Positions 27,601 to 39,019 of a stretch of 63,231 nucleotides of DNA are shown in pieces (position 1 is the first letter of the stretch; the number at the start of each line of letters is the position of its first letter). Source of the DNA: Paraphysomonas bandaiensis (lineage: Eukaryota > Protista > Chrysophyceae); assembly GCA_965644295.1 (NCBI GenBank), contig CBFFRP010000561.1:1-63231 (forward strand), given 5' to 3'. The position numbers were made by a program, and so were the translations under genes. Below the pieces are notes generated by a model that was not told the origin of the DNA, searched no databases, and saw nothing but the letters and a program-made list of their open reading frames with translations.

Positions 27601-30600
27601 TCTATATATGACCCTATGCATATCTATATATGACCCTATGCATATCTATATATGACCCTATGCGTATCTATATATGACCCTATGCATATCTATATACGAC
27701 CCTATGCATATCTATATGACCCTATGCATATCTATATATGACCCTATGCATGTCTATATATGACCCTATGCATGTCTATATATGACCCTATGCATATCTA
27801 TATATGATTATGCATATCTATATATGACCATATGCATATCTATATATGACTCTATGCATATCTATATATGACCCTATGCATGTCTGTATATGACCCTATG
27901 CATGTCTATATATGACCCTATGCATATCTATATACGACCCTATGCATATCTATATATGACCCTATGCATGTCTATATATGACCCTATGCATATCTATATA
28001 TGATTATGCATATCTATATATGACTCTATGCATATCTATATATGACCCTATGCATGTCTGTATATGACCCTATGCATGTCTATATATGACCCTATGCATA
28101 TCTATATATGACCCTATGCATGTCTATATATGACCCTATGCATATCTATATATGACCCTATGCATGTCTATATATGACTCTATGCATATCTATATATGAC
28201 CCTATGCATATCTATATATGACCCTATTCATATCTATATATGACTCTATGCATATCTATATATGACCCTATGCATATCTATATATGACCCTATTCATATC
28301 TATATATGACCATATGCATGTCTATATATGACCCTATGCATATCTATATATGACCCTATGCATATCTATATATGACCATATTTATGTCTATATATGACCC
28401 TATGCATATCTATATATGACCCTATGCATGTCTATATATGACCCTATGCATGTCTATATATGACCCTATGCATGTCTATATATGACCCTATGCATATCTA
28501 TATATGACCCTATGCATATCTATATATGACCCTATGCGTATCTATATATGACCCTATGCATATCTATATACGACCCTATGCATATCTATATGACCCTATG
28601 CATATCTATATACGACCCTATGCATGTCTATATATGACCCTATGCATGTCTATATATGACCCTATGCATATCTATATATGATTATGCATATCTATATATG
28701 ACCATATGCATATCTATATATGACCCTATGCATATCTATATATGACCCTATGCATGTCTGTATATGACCCTATGCATGTCTATATATGACCCTATGCATA
28801 TCTATATACGACCCTATGCATATCTATATATGACCCTATGCATGTCTATATATGACCCTATGCATGTCTATATATGACCCTATGCATATCTATATATGAC
28901 CATATGCATATCTATATATGACCCTATGCATATCTATATATGACCCTATGCATATCTATATATGACCCTATGCATATCTATATACGACCCTATGCATATC
29001 TATATATGACCCTATGCATATCTATATATGACCCTATTCATATCTATATACGACCATATTTATGTCTATATATGACCCTATGCATATCTATATATGACTA
29101 TGCATATAGATATACGACCCTATGCATATCTATATATGACCCTATGCATGTCTATATTCTTGTGTGTGACCCTCTATATGACTATGCATATAGATATACG
29201 ACCCTATGCATATCTATATATGACCCTATGCATATCTATATATGACCCTATGCATAACTATTTATGACCCTATGCATATCTATATATGACCCTATGCATG
29301 TCTATATATGACCCTATGCATATCTATATGACCCTATGCACAATATTTCACATTTTATCTCTCTGTTACTATACCTACCATCGCAGTATAGCTATAGGCA
29401 CTTCTATAATACTTAATCAATATCGTTATGGCGATCTCTTCATCTGTAGCTTATACTATGATTATTTGAGCACAATCGATGTAACCTGACTCTACCTCAG
29501 CGATCAACCAAAACCAGGCGGCAATCATATCATCCCTTGAGAGCACTGTATCTCAACTGAGAGGCGAGAAGGCGGAGTTTTTTGACCAAATACGACAGTT
29601 GAAGGGCGAGATAAGCGAAAGCTCTGACCGCATCCTCTCTTTTGAGAGTCAGCTGACCACTGGGCATGACCGTCTCAGAACATTGGAGGCGGCGCTATCT
29701 TCGAAAACTGAGGAGTGTTCGGTACTGCAGAAAGAAAATGCCTCGCTGAAAGCTGTGAACGCGAAACTGCTAATGGAGCTGAAGGGAGAGCGGAATCGCG
29801 CTGTATCAGGTACAGAAGCATCGGTTGATATGGCCGAGTCGTCCTCTGGAAATAAGAGTACACACAAGAAAAAATCGAAAACTTCTAGCTCGCATGGGGA
29901 TGTTGAAGCGGATAAGACTGCTCGTCTAGAAATTGTTGCACTGAGAGTTGAGAAAGAATCACTTGTAAGTCAAGTACGCACGCTTCAATCACAACTGGAA
30001 TCCATGAAAGAATCAGTACAGGAGGTATTGCAGTTATACGCAGAGTGTCTTTGTGTGTGCTTCCTGCAGTGTAAAAATTGTGATATCATAGTATTATCGC
30101 ATCAATAGCTTTGTTGAAGCCTTGTACTCTTGCAGGAAGGAAACTTAAGGGTGCGATTGGAAAAGGGGGCTGCCGATATCGATGAGTTAAAACAGCAACG
30201 TATTATTTCTGAGGATCACCTCTTTGTAAGCGCCCAGCGTATTGAGGAGTTGAATAAAGAGGTATATTGTTTCATTGACAAATATACGCCACCTTATAAA
30301 GGGATAGAGCGATCGCTAAATGTATATTCGTATAGTGGCTGTTCATATGTGGACGAACGCTTGTTTCAAAAGTGTAATAAGATTATATCTTTAATGCTAC
30401 GTACTGCAAATACAAATCAATACAATACATTTAGGTTTAACGTATTTTTCAGCTTCAGCAGGCTCATCGACTTCGCGAGGTGGAGAAAGAGAATTTCATG
30501 GCTACAATAAGCAATTTGTGTACGAAGTACGAAAATGCAATGGCGGATCATGGAACGGAAAGGAGTAATTTAATCGCTATTAATTCTGCTCTATCGGAGC

Positions 30601-32448
30601 GAATCGAAGCAGGACGAATAGATCAGGAAAATCAATCTGCCAGGATGAAGGAAAAAATCCAGTCATTGGAGATTGAATGTAGTCGATTGGAGAAAAAGCT
30701 CGCATTCCATGAAGCGGAAACGACCGAACTACGAGTAGAATTAAAAGAGTTACAGAGAGAACGTGGAGACAGAGGGAAATCTGTCAATATTCAGATAACC
30801 AAATTGCAGGAGTCTCTTCATAAAGCACAGGAAGCATTGCTGGTTGAGAAGTCGACTGTACGGTCACAGGTACGAGAACTATATAGTTTTTAGTGTTCTT
30901 AGAGTTGATGTGCTCAGGAAACTGACTTATCAAAGCTGGAAATCGAAAAACAGCAACTGGAAGAAGAGCTTGCAGTAGCAAACAGATTAAGACAAAAGGC
31001 GGAACTGCGGGTAGACGCTGAGGTGAGTTCAATGAGTAATTTCACTGTGTCTAACTAATTTCACACTTTACGACTAGATTCAGAGAGCTCAGCTATCAGA
31101 GAAAGCTCGTAAGGAGACGGCACTTGAAGTTCAACAGCTCCAAACCGACCTTGAAACTAAAGAGGGCCAAATCGATAGTCTGTATGTCGTTTTCGTTCTG
31201 TTGAACTTGTATATTAATGTTGTTGTAGATTAAGTGACTTGAATAAGAAGTATGCAGAATGCAGTTGCGAGATTTTGAAGGTAATGTACATTGGCTCAGT
31301 GTGGTATTTGAAATTACAAAGCACAGGCTGAGAATTATGAACAGCGACAGAAAATACTCGAGCTAGAAAGTAAATGTACTGCATTAAAGGAAAGTGTGAT
31401 AGAGGCTGAGGACAAGCTTGCACAGCATGCACACGAAACAGAGGTTTTAGTCAGTATATTTCGAACTGATTTTTACCTGAATGTTTCGATTATTAGGACG
31501 ACAAGAATGTCCATAATTCATTAGTAGAAGCAGAAGCAACTATAGCACGTCTTCGAAATGAGTTGGATGTTTCAAATGACGAGCTATTGGCTCTGTCAGA
31601 GGCGTTTGAATTAAGAGGTAGGGGTTACTATGTCATGGAAGTCAAATGTAGAGAATGAGTCAGCTACCTCTAGGCCAACTTATTCAGAATATGGAGAAAA
31701 GATCGGATGTAGTGTTCTCAGATATATCTTTCCTAAAGATGGATAATGCACGAAAGGCAGAGAAAATTCTTGATTTGGAGAAATCTATGACAAAACTAAC
31801 AGAAGATATTGGAGGCACAAGCCAGAAGCTACAGGAGACGAATGACATCGTCCGTTTGAAGGATGGAGAAGTATACAACACATTTATTTCTCGTATATTT
31901 ATTTTGATTACTAAGCAATACTTGATAGATCGAGGAATTGAAATCTCAGATAGATTCCTGCGGGAAAAAAATTGAAGAAATGGAGCGAAATATCTCAAAG
32001 TATCTCATAGAAATTGAGGAGTTAAGTGCCGCAGTTAAGGAATTCGAGGTCTGTCGTCACACAATTCATAGATTTTTGTGAAGAATTGAGTCACAGGAGC
32101 TAAAGTCACGCTATGCAACCCTGAACTTAGAACACCAAGATACGCTGATGACAATGGAGGAGCTTTCTCAAACAGCTGCGGAAGAAATTGAACGTAGAGA
32201 AAAGGATATTTCTGATCTTGCGAGGAAGAATGAAGAGAGTATGAACCTGGCGGTGGATTATGAGGTTGATATGTCCCGTTCATCGTGTTATAGACTAAAT
32301 TGAAAGTGTTTTTCAGAAACTCTCGATTGCCTATGAAACTTTGGTGCATCAGTATTCGGAGTTGATGGATGAAAGATCCCAGTTATTCGTAGCTTATACA
32401 GAGGCCAAACATGAAATCAATTTGTTTAAAGCGCAAATGGCAGAATGA
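18607..32448 (+). CDS. Long coiled-coil protein, multi-exon; exon 1 = 18607-18709, intron 1 = 18710-29500, remaining exons 29501-32448
   Basis: Exon 1 MASTLGLGLDTLQRSLDKAQHEAAESAREMMAQT (103 nt, phase 1, CAG|GTGAAT) joins in frame to acceptor CTGACTCTACCTCAG|29501 (AINQNQAAIISSLESTVSQLRGEK...), continuing into ORF 29599. Many further short GT-AG introns; stop TGA at 32446-32448. Confidence 0.75.
18741..29340. repeat. 22-bp satellite array (GACCCTATGCATATCTATATAT), ~10.6 kb, roughly 480 units, with recurrent variants
   Basis: Seen directly. Variants include CATGTC, CATATAGAT, TACGACC, CCAATG, CATATTTATG, GCGTATC and 20-bp deletion units. Confidence 0.99.
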
Positions 32449-32730
32449 ATACGGTATTCATGGGTTTCTTAGTTTTGAGAATGATTCTTTCACATGGTTG
32501 TAGTACTTTGAATATGACGTAGCTTGTGGCTAGGAACTATATTGTAATATATGATTGTGTTACGATTATGTGTCAGAACGATGACTATTGACCACGAACA
32601 GCACTTAAATTTGACAGGCAGCTGATGTCTGTTTACCATTAAAAGTATACACAAATACAACATCTTCATAGCCATAAGTGACATTACATCTTCGCTTCCA
32701 TCACGTGTGCAGATGATAGTGGATAAGAAA

Positions 32731-33393
32731 CAGGGCTGCGTAACAATTAATTGAATTGCAATTAATTGCATTGAATATAGGTAATAATATCAATTCAATT
32801 GCTCGCTGAAAGGTTGCAATAATTTACTCTACAGTATAACGACAATATTAGAATTAGAAGTTGAAAAAATTAAGGACGACAGCCATTTATTGTCCTTAAT
32901 GTTCATCATCCTTAATGTTGGGAAGGCTGGTTCTCATTATTACTTTCTTTACATTTAAGTGGTACTGTTTCTTGTTTCTTTGTACTGCCGATGACGTTTA
33001 TTTCCTCTTGACCTTGAGCTACAGACTACAGACTAAGTTTTTAAACTCGATCCATAGCGTAACACCCTTTAGTTTGAAGAGACATATCTCTCAGTAGTTT
33101 GGTAATCATATTCTTACCGATCCGTCCATATACAGGATACTGCAGGATTGAAGTTCAACTTCAACTAACAACTGGAAGTTACTAACAACTGCAAGTGGTG
33201 AAGCGGTATGAACATGGTATTATTATCAGGAATTTTTACTGTCTTCGGCAGTCGAAATTCTGGATATTTAGAGTTTTGGTCATGTACTCGATTATATCAT
33301 CATTATAATTTACAATTTACAATAGTGTGTATGTATCAGCAGGGCTACGCAACAATTATTCCATGCAATTCAATTAATTGGTGCGCAGCCCTG
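32731..33393. mobile_element. hAT-like non-autonomous element with ~30-bp TIRs (CAGGGCTGCG...)
   Basis: Left end CAGGGCTGCGTAACAATTAATTGAATTGCA versus reverse complement of right end CAGGGCTGCGCACCAATTAATTGAATTGCA (2 mismatches). No clean 8-bp TSD. Confidence 0.65.
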
Positions 33394-33588
33394 GTGTGTA
33401 TCATTAATAAGATTTGCAGCCGAAAGATTCAGCCTGTCCAAGATACTTGCTCCCCACCATAGGAAATATTACTTGCTCAGAGAGCATCTAAACACGCATC
33501 CCAACATCAATAAGAAGTATACGTTATTACAAGCTACTTGAAGGAGTGTAGCTTATATCATATATATTCTAGTTATAGCTTAATACTC

Positions 33589-33844
33589 ATGGAATCCCCC
33601 AGTCAGTTGTCAGAGTCTGCGGAAGAAGAAGAGTTGATCAACGAGGTCGTTGACAGAACCCCAGACACATCGTCAGATCTTCCAAGTTCCTTGGAAAAAC
33701 GACCATTTTTATCTTCAGACGATGAAGATACTGGCGATTCTGATGACGAAATTAATTTTGAGGAGCCAGTTTTCACGCTTCCTAAAAAAGGGGATTTCAG
33801 TGGCACAGAATTGAGCTATCGGGAAAAAAGCTATCGAAAGTATT
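33589..33844 (+). pseudogene. Acidic ORF truncated by the Copia LTR
   Basis: MESPSQLSESAEEEELINEVV...REKSYRKY runs directly into the LTR at 33845. No convincing continuation beyond 39295. Confidence 0.4.
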
Positions 33845-34137
33845 TGTTGGGAAATGCTCATTTTACTTAGATCAAAGAGAGATTAAGTTGTTAGACTAGA
33901 TAGATTTATTAATATCGTTTACACGAATTGTGTTAAACAACACAAGCTCGTTTTGTGCCATGCATAAATCACTACTTCTGTAGACCTTTCGCTACTAAAC
34001 ATATCTTGAAAGAGCAAACTATTTCAGTTTTCTCAATATCATAACAGCATCTACACATCACCATACTTCACTGTATTCTCGTACATTGTCTTCAAGTACC
34101 ACATTGAATATACTAGGATACAGTCCATATTCTAATA
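33845..34137 (-). repeat. 3' LTR of the Copia element
   Basis: Identical to 39003-39295. Element-strand ends TA...CA; preceded by PPT-like TGAGTGGGAG (34138-34147). Confidence 0.95.
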
Positions 34138-34310
34138 CTCCCACTCAATGTAGAATGCAGTGATACGAAACAACAATGAGTACAGTGATCTTCATGCTAT
34201 AAACTAGTCTCATAGGTAAAATAGATGTGAAATCTTATCAAGATACATATATAACTAGCAGTCAACTAGATATATAGTTATGTGGGATTCTCACCCACTA
34301 AAACACACCT

Positions 34311-37244
34311 TTAACCTCTTCGGGGTCGCTTCTTCTGCTGCTCCTCAACTCTGGTTGACACACTTCTCTTAACCCCGGTAATAGTTTTCTCATGACGACT
34401 GAAAAGTTTCGTTGACAATGCCTTCGTGAAAATATCAGCCGCCATATCATCCGTCGACACATGAATCAACTTTGCCGTAGGAAATTTTCCATTTACATGC
34501 TCTCTCACCCAGTGATACTTGATGTCTATATGCTTCGACCTCTTATGATACACAGGATTCTCGGAGAGATCTTTCGCACTCTTGCTATCCATAAAGAATG
34601 GAGTCGGCTTCGCAACTAAGAGCCCGAGCTCCTTGAACACCCCCCGAAGCCACACCAGTTCTTGCATAGCCGCATACTCCGCCATATATTCAGATTCCAT
34701 GCTCGAAGTTGCAACTGTTGTCTGTAGTTTAGACTGCCAGGCCAATGCGCCTGCACATAAGAACACAATGTATCCTGTTGTCGATCGCCGAGTCAGTCTA
34801 TCACCAGCCCAATCTGAATCACTGAACACATGTAAGTCGAACTCACTCCCACTGAATCTGATGCCCTCATCAATTGTTCCACGCAAATATTTCAATAAGT
34901 GAATCGCCAGTTTGCACGATGCATATGTCGGACAACTACTAAATCGAGACAATAACCCCACTGCATAAGCCAGATCAGGTCTAGTATGCATTGCTAGATA
35001 CAACACTGCTCCAATAATTTGCCGATACGGAAATGAGTCAACCCACTGCTTCTGCTCCTCCGTAAGTTCACGTTCCTCTGCCAACAGATCCTGAACATTA
35101 GTAGGTAGTGGGGCCTCCTTATTCTTACTACTCTTTCCCATAACTGAGCTGAATTTCTTGATAATATTCTTAGCATACTCAGATTGATCTAACATATACC
35201 AATTTTCTCCTCTGGTTATCCTGATGTTCAGAAATCGCTTACACACTCCCAGATCATGCATCTCGAATGTTTCACAGAACCTACGCTTTACGCTTTCCAA
35301 GTAAGTCAGATCAGCGGATGCAATTATGATATCATCAACATATATCAATAATAAATGCAGTTTTCCGTTACTCCATCGCATATACAAACACGTATCCAAA
35401 ATACACGGAGTAAAATGCAATGATTTAATAAACTTGTCAATATGTTTATTCCACTGTCGCGGTGAAGATCGCAGTCCATACAATGCCTTGATTAGTTGAA
35501 AACACCATCCAGCTAGTAATTCCTCATCTGGTGGAGGTGCCATATACACGTCATCCTCCAGATCTGCATAGCAAAATGCGGATGATACATCTAATTGATG
35601 CACATGCATCTGTAACATAAACGCAATCGCTAACACTAGTCTAATGGTTATACCCTTAACCACTGGAGCGAAAGTGGACGGCTCCTCCTCCTTCTTCTCT
35701 TGGAGATTTCCTAATGCCACTAGCCGAGCCTTGTACTTTACTATATTCCCTAGTATGTCTCGCTTCACCGTATGCACATATTTCGCTCTAACTAATTTCA
35801 CTCCGCTTGGAATTTTCACGATCTTCAAGACACGTCTTTTCAGCAATGATGTCTTCTCCACCATTCGAGCTTTTCTCCATTGTTGATACTGTGGAGATCT
35901 CTCTGCCTCGGCATATGAATTTGGTATCTTGATATCTTCTGTCTCTGCATGGTTAAGATCAATATTATGCGCATCCGGTACTTCAACCATATTAATCTCT
36001 CCTAAAACTGACGCGTTTGCCAGTCTCCGCTGCAGCCGTTTGCGTCGGACCCGACCATCACCATCTAGTTCAATCGGTCGACGAGGTATATAAGAACCCG
36101 TACCTTGCTCATCCTGAGCACGCACATCGTGCGTTGTGGGAGGAGCCCCGCTCACAACCCCAGACTCATAGTCTTCAGAGGTCTGCAACCTCACAGCTGT
36201 CTCCTGACAGGTTGGGTCAGGACTCTCCTGTAACCCTCCAGGTCTTCCCTGGTCCAGCACCCTGGCTGGCATAGTACTCAGGGCGTCCCCCTTTCCTATA
36301 TATCCGGTATTCCCGGGAGTTTCTGCAGTCATTCGCACTACGTCCTCGACGTGAATCGGCACCCGGTGCTCGATATGCTTCCGACCTGCAGTTACCAGAG
36401 ATCGATAGGCTACTATTACCCCCTTTCGTTCTACTACTCTCGTGGTCTTGTAGAGAAGACCATCCTCATCATCAATATGATATGTACCTTCTAAGCCCGC
36501 ATAGTCAGACACAATTTTCGGTCTCTCGGCCTCCTTCACTCGAAGAGCATCTATCTCAGCGAAATAGCTCTCCGAGCGTGACGGTATGGACTCATCAGTT
36601 AATACATGTACCGACGTGACGACCCTATCAGTCGCAGGTAGATATACATCATATCCTACCTTTTCATCTGAATATCCTATCAGATATCCGATAAGGGCCT
36701 TGTCGTCCCAGTCTTTCCGTCGATCCGCCTTTGTAGTGAGGACATACGCACGACACCCCCATACTCTGAGATATTTCAGGTTGGGAGCCTCACCAGTCAA
36801 AAATTCAAGAGGGGACATATACCCCTTCGCTGTCTTTGTAGGCAATCGAATTAATATGTACCTGGCTGCCATGTAGGCATCTAGCCAAAACTGTGAAGGC
36901 AATCCTGACTGAATCAGCATCGCTAATGTCATCTCACCACAGGTCCTGAATTTCCGCTCCTCAATCGCGTTCATCTCAGGAGAGTCCGTAGAGCTCCACG
37001 TATGTTGATAGCAACCCTGTGACCTAAGATATTGTCGCAGCTCATCACATATTAGCTCCCCTGCTCCATCTGCATGGTAATGATGCATTTCTAATTTGTA
37101 CCTTTTCACATCTCCTTCAAAAATCTTCTTGAAAACCTGCAGTACCGATGACCCAGTCCTATGAACAAGCCCTTCCGACCAGAACATCCGACTGGCATGG
37201 TGTGTTAGTTTGAGCACATATATTTCCCTCCTCGAGCTGGACAA
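34311..37244 (-). CDS. Copia pol (integrase core, RT, RNase H)
   Basis: HADGAGEL and PEMNAIEERKFRT (IN), LRVWGCRAYV, YKARLVALG, QLDVSSAF, KALYGLRSSPRQW, LIYVDDII (RT), FSDSDWAGD, KRSKHIDIKYHWVRE, ADIFTKAL (RH). Confidence 0.95.
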   Translation of the reverse strand: MSSSRREIYVLKLTHHASRMFWSEGLVHRTGSSVLQVFKKIFEGDVKRYKLEMHHYHADGAGELICDELRQYLRSQGCYQHTWSSTDSPEMNAIEERKFRTCGEMTLAMLIQSGLPSQFWLDAYMAARYILIRLPTKTAKGYMSPLEFLTGEAPNLKYLRVWGCRAYVLTTKADRRKDWDDKALIGYLIGYSDEKVGYDVYLPATDRVVTSVHVLTDESIPSRSESYFAEIDALRVKEAERPKIVSDYAGLEGTYHIDDEDGLLYKTTRVVERKGVIVAYRSLVTAGRKHIEHRVPIHVEDVVRMTAETPGNTGYIGKGDALSTMPARVLDQGRPGGLQESPDPTCQETAVRLQTSEDYESGVVSGAPPTTHDVRAQDEQGTGSYIPRRPIELDGDGRVRRKRLQRRLANASVLGEINMVEVPDAHNIDLNHAETEDIKIPNSYAEAERSPQYQQWRKARMVEKTSLLKRRVLKIVKIPSGVKLVRAKYVHTVKRDILGNIVKYKARLVALGNLQEKKEEEPSTFAPVVKGITIRLVLAIAFMLQMHVHQLDVSSAFCYADLEDDVYMAPPPDEELLAGWCFQLIKALYGLRSSPRQWNKHIDKFIKSLHFTPCILDTCLYMRWSNGKLHLLLIYVDDIIIASADLTYLESVKRRFCETFEMHDLGVCKRFLNIRITRGENWYMLDQSEYAKNIIKKFSSVMGKSSKNKEAPLPTNVQDLLAEERELTEEQKQWVDSFPYRQIIGAVLYLAMHTRPDLAYAVGLLSRFSSCPTYASCKLAIHLLKYLRGTIDEGIRFSGSEFDLHVFSDSDWAGDRLTRRSTTGYIVFLCAGALAWQSKLQTTVATSSMESEYMAEYAAMQELVWLRGVFKELGLLVAKPTPFFMDSKSAKDLSENPVYHKRSKHIDIKYHWVREHVNGKFPTAKLIHVSTDDMAADIFTKALSTKLFSRHEKTITGVKRSVSTRVEEQQKKRPRRG

Positions 37245-39019
37245 TTTAAGTATACTGCTATATCGGCCGAGAAATTTGGACGAACGGAGTCCTCATCCTT
37301 TGTCCGAAAACTTACTCTGGTGATCTTCGCCCTGGCGCATACATCACATAGACACTGTTCTTTGGAAACACGTTTCGAGAGATGTTTTCGTTTCAGTCCA
37401 GTCCCAATAATTAGCATTCTTTTGTGGGCTTCTACCAACGCATGCTTGTTAAAATGACCCGCTCTCCTATGTAACAGCTCCAGTTCATCCTCACCCGTAC
37501 GGTCACTGAGATTTACTTCTGAATCACTGGATGTCGATACGTCTGGAAGCTCCAATAACTGCTGTGTTGGCACAGCAGTCATTCCATTCTTCATAGGTCC
37601 CTCCAACACCAGCTCATCCGTATTTCTGTCATATATCTGTATACCATACCATACAGTAAATCGATATCCCATATCGTTCAACTTCCGTCCAGAACAAAGA
37701 CACCGATTTATCTGACTTGATACCTCAATGTTCTTCCATGCTCCACGGGAACCTACACTCGTGACGCATATCTCTGACCCTTTTTTCGAACCATTAATAA
37801 CCTTTGATGTGTGCATATGACTATCAAGTATATTCACATCATTTATCAAAAACATTGATGACAAACAACAGGTATCAATGTATGTATAGTGAATATCCTC
37901 ATGCACACTACTGCATATATTCGTCTCATACACATTACATGACAAGTGATACTCTTCCTGTTGCTCGATCATATTTGCTTCGTCTTCGTCAGACAAATCC
38001 GCTGGCTCTCCACGCCTGATGTTTTCAACTGTAAGTAGTCTTTTGTCTGGTTTCCTTCCATCTTGAAACCTCACAGCCTTGCTCTTGCTTTGCGAGTACT
38101 TCTTTTTCGATGCTGGACAATCGATGGCAAGATGTTCCTTTGACTTACAATTTCTGCACCCAGTATATTCGGCACTTCCAGGTCGCTGCCCTGTAATCTC
38201 TGTATCCTTCTTCATCGGCATTACACCGTTGTTCTTCTTACGATGATCCCTCTCTCTGCGATATCGTTTCTTACTGTCTATCAGGTTCAGCTCCTCCACT
38301 CTTTTACGCTTCTTCTCCAACGCTTCCTTCCCAGCCATAGTATCATCATAGCCTTCTATCTTACGTGATACAGTTACATAATTAACATCATCATCCATCA
38401 AGTATAATCCAACTCTCAGTTGAGCATACTCTTCATTGAGCAAGCCTTCTCGTAGTCGACTTGTTTTTGATACCTCCGAGATATCCTGCTGCTGCTCCTG
38501 TAGTTCCTTCAGCAGTAGTTCGAACCGTAGTACGTAGTCCTTCGCCGTCTCCTCCGGACGCATACGGAAAGAACCATATTGAGTTAAGAGGTCACTGATC
38601 CTATTTTGCTTCCCTCCAGCAAAACACTTCTTCAACTCATCAATCATTACATGTGTTTTGAACCTGTTTACACCACTCCCTTCTGCCTTGAACGCTTTGT
38701 GGGTAAGATGGAATTTACGCAGCGCTTTCGGGGAATGCTGCACCGCATCCCTGCAGTAAGAATAAGCTATGGCGTTCGCCTTCCAATACCTCTTCACAGC
38801 CTGTCTGTACGCCTTCTCCTCCATCAACGTAAGTGGCTGCTCCCCGAAGTCGCTCTCCTTAGGTGGCAGTTCCACCGCTACCTCGCTTTGTTCCTTCCTC
38901 ATAAGGAATGTCTCGAAGTCCTCAATCCATTGTTCAACGTTAGTCTCGTTGAACTGAGGAACTACTCCTCTATCCTCCTTCTCTCCTCCTCGCTCGCTAC
39001 CATGTTGGGAAATGCTCAT
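37205..39019 (-). CDS. Copia gag-protease-integrase zinc-binding region (frameshifted from pol)
   Basis: CRNCKSKEHLAIDC zinc knuckle, YIDTCC protease-like motif, HRRAGH...CDVCARAK integrase HHCC. Confidence 0.9.
   Translation of the reverse strand: MSISQHGSERGGEKEDRGVVPQFNETNVEQWIEDFETFLMRKEQSEVAVELPPKESDFGEQPLTLMEEKAYRQAVKRYWKANAIAYSYCRDAVQHSPKALRKFHLTHKAFKAEGSGVNRFKTHVMIDELKKCFAGGKQNRISDLLTQYGSFRMRPEETAKDYVLRFELLLKELQEQQQDISEVSKTSRLREGLLNEEYAQLRVGLYLMDDDVNYVTVSRKIEGYDDTMAGKEALEKKRKRVEELNLIDSKKRYRRERDHRKKNNGVMPMKKDTEITGQRPGSAEYTGCRNCKSKEHLAIDCPASKKKYSQSKSKAVRFQDGRKPDKRLLTVENIRRGEPADLSDEDEANMIEQQEEYHLSCNVYETNICSSVHEDIHYTYIDTCCLSSMFLINDVNILDSHMHTSKVINGSKKGSEICVTSVGSRGAWKNIEVSSQINRCLCSGRKLNDMGYRFTVWYGIQIYDRNTDELVLEGPMKNGMTAVPTQQLLELPDVSTSSDSEVNLSDRTGEDELELLHRRAGHFNKHALVEAHKRMLIIGTGLKRKHLSKRVSKEQCLCDVCARAKITRVSFRTKDEDSVRPNFSADIAVYLNCPARGGKYMCSN
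38988..39002 (-). promoter_or_regulatory. Primer binding site, probably initiator tRNA-Met
   Basis: TGGTAGCGAGCGAGG immediately after the 5' LTR. TGGTAGC is complementary to the ...GCUACCA end typical of eukaryotic tRNAiMet. Confidence 0.7.

Noticed and set aside
18741-29340. CRISPR-like array or repeat-protein gene (ORFs 28940-29245, 29286-29489)
   Set aside because: Contiguous monomers with no unique spacers, no cas genes, eukaryotic context; the 22-bp unit is not a multiple of 3 and carries stops.
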